A program made the translations under genes and the position numbers. 64,000 nucleotides of DNA from Escherichia coli (GTDB lineage: Bacteria; Pseudomonadota; Gammaproteobacteria; Enterobacterales; Enterobacteriaceae): the NCBI RefSeq assembly GCF_030384885.1, contig NZ_CP128613.1; one strand, given 5' to 3'. This document shows positions 62,975-64,000 of this stretch, one piece after another; positions within the stretch are counted from its first letter, which is position 1; every line of letters starts with the position of its first letter. The notes beneath the pieces were generated by a model, which was not told the DNA's origin, made no database searches, and saw nothing but the letters and a program-made list of their open reading frames with translations.

Positions 62975-64000
62975 ATGACGCGTTATCAACATCTGGCGAC
63001 TCTGCTTGCCGAACGGATTGAGCAAGGGCTGTATCGTCACGGGGAGAAATTGCCGTCGGTGCGCAGCTTAAGTCAGGAGCACGGCGTCAGTATCAGCACC
63101 GTGCAGCAGGCGTATCAGACGCTGGAGACGATGAAGCTCATCACTCCGCAGCCGCGTTCGGGTTATTTTGTCGCACAACGTAAAGCCCAGCCGCCAGTAC
63201 CGCCGATGACGCGTCCGGTGCAGCGCCCGGTGGAAATTACCCAGTGGGATCAGGTGCTGGATATGCTGGAGGCGCATAGCGACAGTGCCATTGTTCCGTT
63301 AAGCAAAAGCACGCCGGATGTCGAAACGCCCAGCCTGAAACCGCTGTGGCGGGAGCTAAGCCGGGTGGTGCAGCATAATCTGCAAACCGTTCTCGGTTAT
63401 GACTTGTTAGCCGGTCAGCGAGTATTGCGAGAGCAGATTGCCCGCCTGATGCTCGACAGCGGCTCGGTGGTCACCGCCGATGACATCATCATCACCAGCG
63501 GCTGCCATAACTCGATGTCGCTGGCGTTAATGGCAGTGTGTAAACCGGGCGATATTGTCGCGGTCGAATCCCCCTGTTATTACGGTTCGATGCAGATGCT
63601 GCGCGGCATGGGCGTGAAAGTGATTGAAATCCCAACCGATCCAGAAACTGGCATCAGCGTTGAAGCGCTGGAACTCGCGCTGGAACAGTGGCCGATTAAA
63701 GGCATCATTCTGGTGCCAAACTGTAATAATCCGCTGGGATTTATTATGCCGGACGCACGCAAACGGGCCGTTCTCTCTCTCGCTCAGCGTCATGATATTG
63801 TGATTTTTGAAGATGATGTCTACGGCGAACTGGCGACGGAGTATCCGCGCCCGCGGACCATTCATTCCTGGGATATCGACGGGCGAGTGCTGTTGTGCAG
63901 CTCGTTCAGTAAAAGCATTGCACCAGGCCTGCGCGTGGGCTGGGTCGCGCCGGGACGTTATCACGATAAACTGCTGCATATGAAATATGCCATCAGCAGC
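62975..64000 (+). CDS. yjiR: MocR-family regulator YjiR (GntR HTH fused to aminotransferase-like PLP domain); 3' end beyond the window
   Basis: Not in the supplied track (no stop within the window). Translation from the ATG at 62975 gives MTRYQHLATLLAERIEQGLYRHGEKLPSVRSLSQEHGVSISTVQQAYQTLE... (GntR HTH), then an aminotransferase fold with SFSKSIAPGLRVGW (PLP-lysine motif); RBS AAGGAG upstream. Confidence 0.85.
   Translation, partial: MTRYQHLATLLAERIEQGLYRHGEKLPSVRSLSQEHGVSISTVQQAYQTLETMKLITPQPRSGYFVAQRKAQPPVPPMTRPVQRPVEITQWDQVLDMLEAHSDSAIVPLSKSTPDVETPSLKPLWRELSRVVQHNLQTVLGYDLLAGQRVLREQIARLMLDSGSVVTADDIIITSGCHNSMSLALMAVCKPGDIVAVESPCYYGSMQMLRGMGVKVIEIPTDPETGISVEALELALEQWPIKGIILVPNCNNPLGFIMPDARKRAVLSLAQRHDIVIFEDDVYGELATEYPRPRTIHSWDIDGRVLLCSSFSKSIAPGLRVGWVAPGRYHDKLLHMKYAISS

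Noticed and set aside
63527-63979. 150-aa minus-strand ORF
   Set aside because: Antisense to yjiR, whose GntR HTH and aminotransferase motifs are clear in the plus frame starting at 62975.

Overview
This window reads as an Escherichia coli chromosomal segment collinear, in reverse orientation, with the K-12 trpR–slt … deoCABD … leuQPV … dnaTC … opgB … tsr … mrr–hsdRMS–symE–mcrBC … yjiR region. All gene names are assigned by eye from the translated ORFs (length, conserved N-termini, motifs) and from remembered K-12 gene order; no database search was run. Most of the window is ordinary core genome: slt, ettA, nadR, radA, serB, lplA, the deo operon, yjjI/yjjW, prfC, rsmC, three tandem tRNA-Leu genes, fhuF, bglJ/yjjQ, dnaT/dnaC, opgB, the lgo genes, tsr and btsT. 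The last ~14 kb is the Immigration Control Region, with four known defence modules side by side (Mrr, a type I R-M system, SymE/SymR, McrBC). Five places differ from my recollection of K-12 and are the parts worth a second look: (1) a toxin-first RelE/HigB-like toxin plus HTH antitoxin pair between ettA and nadR; (2) a 5-gene accessory island between tsr and btsT that looks like an N-acyl-D-amino-acid / D-amino-acid catabolic module; (3) an hsdS with K-12-like conserved regions but different target-recognition domains, implying a different type I specificity; (4) a translationally coupled pair of hypothetical genes convergent with mcrC, followed by an AT-rich spacer, where K-12 carries longer yjiV/yjiT pseudogenes; (5) a short HTH-only ORF where K-12 has the HipA-like gene yjjJ. 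I found no CRISPR array, no transposase/IS element and no integrase. Many long ORFs in the supplied track are antisense shadows of real genes and were rejected.
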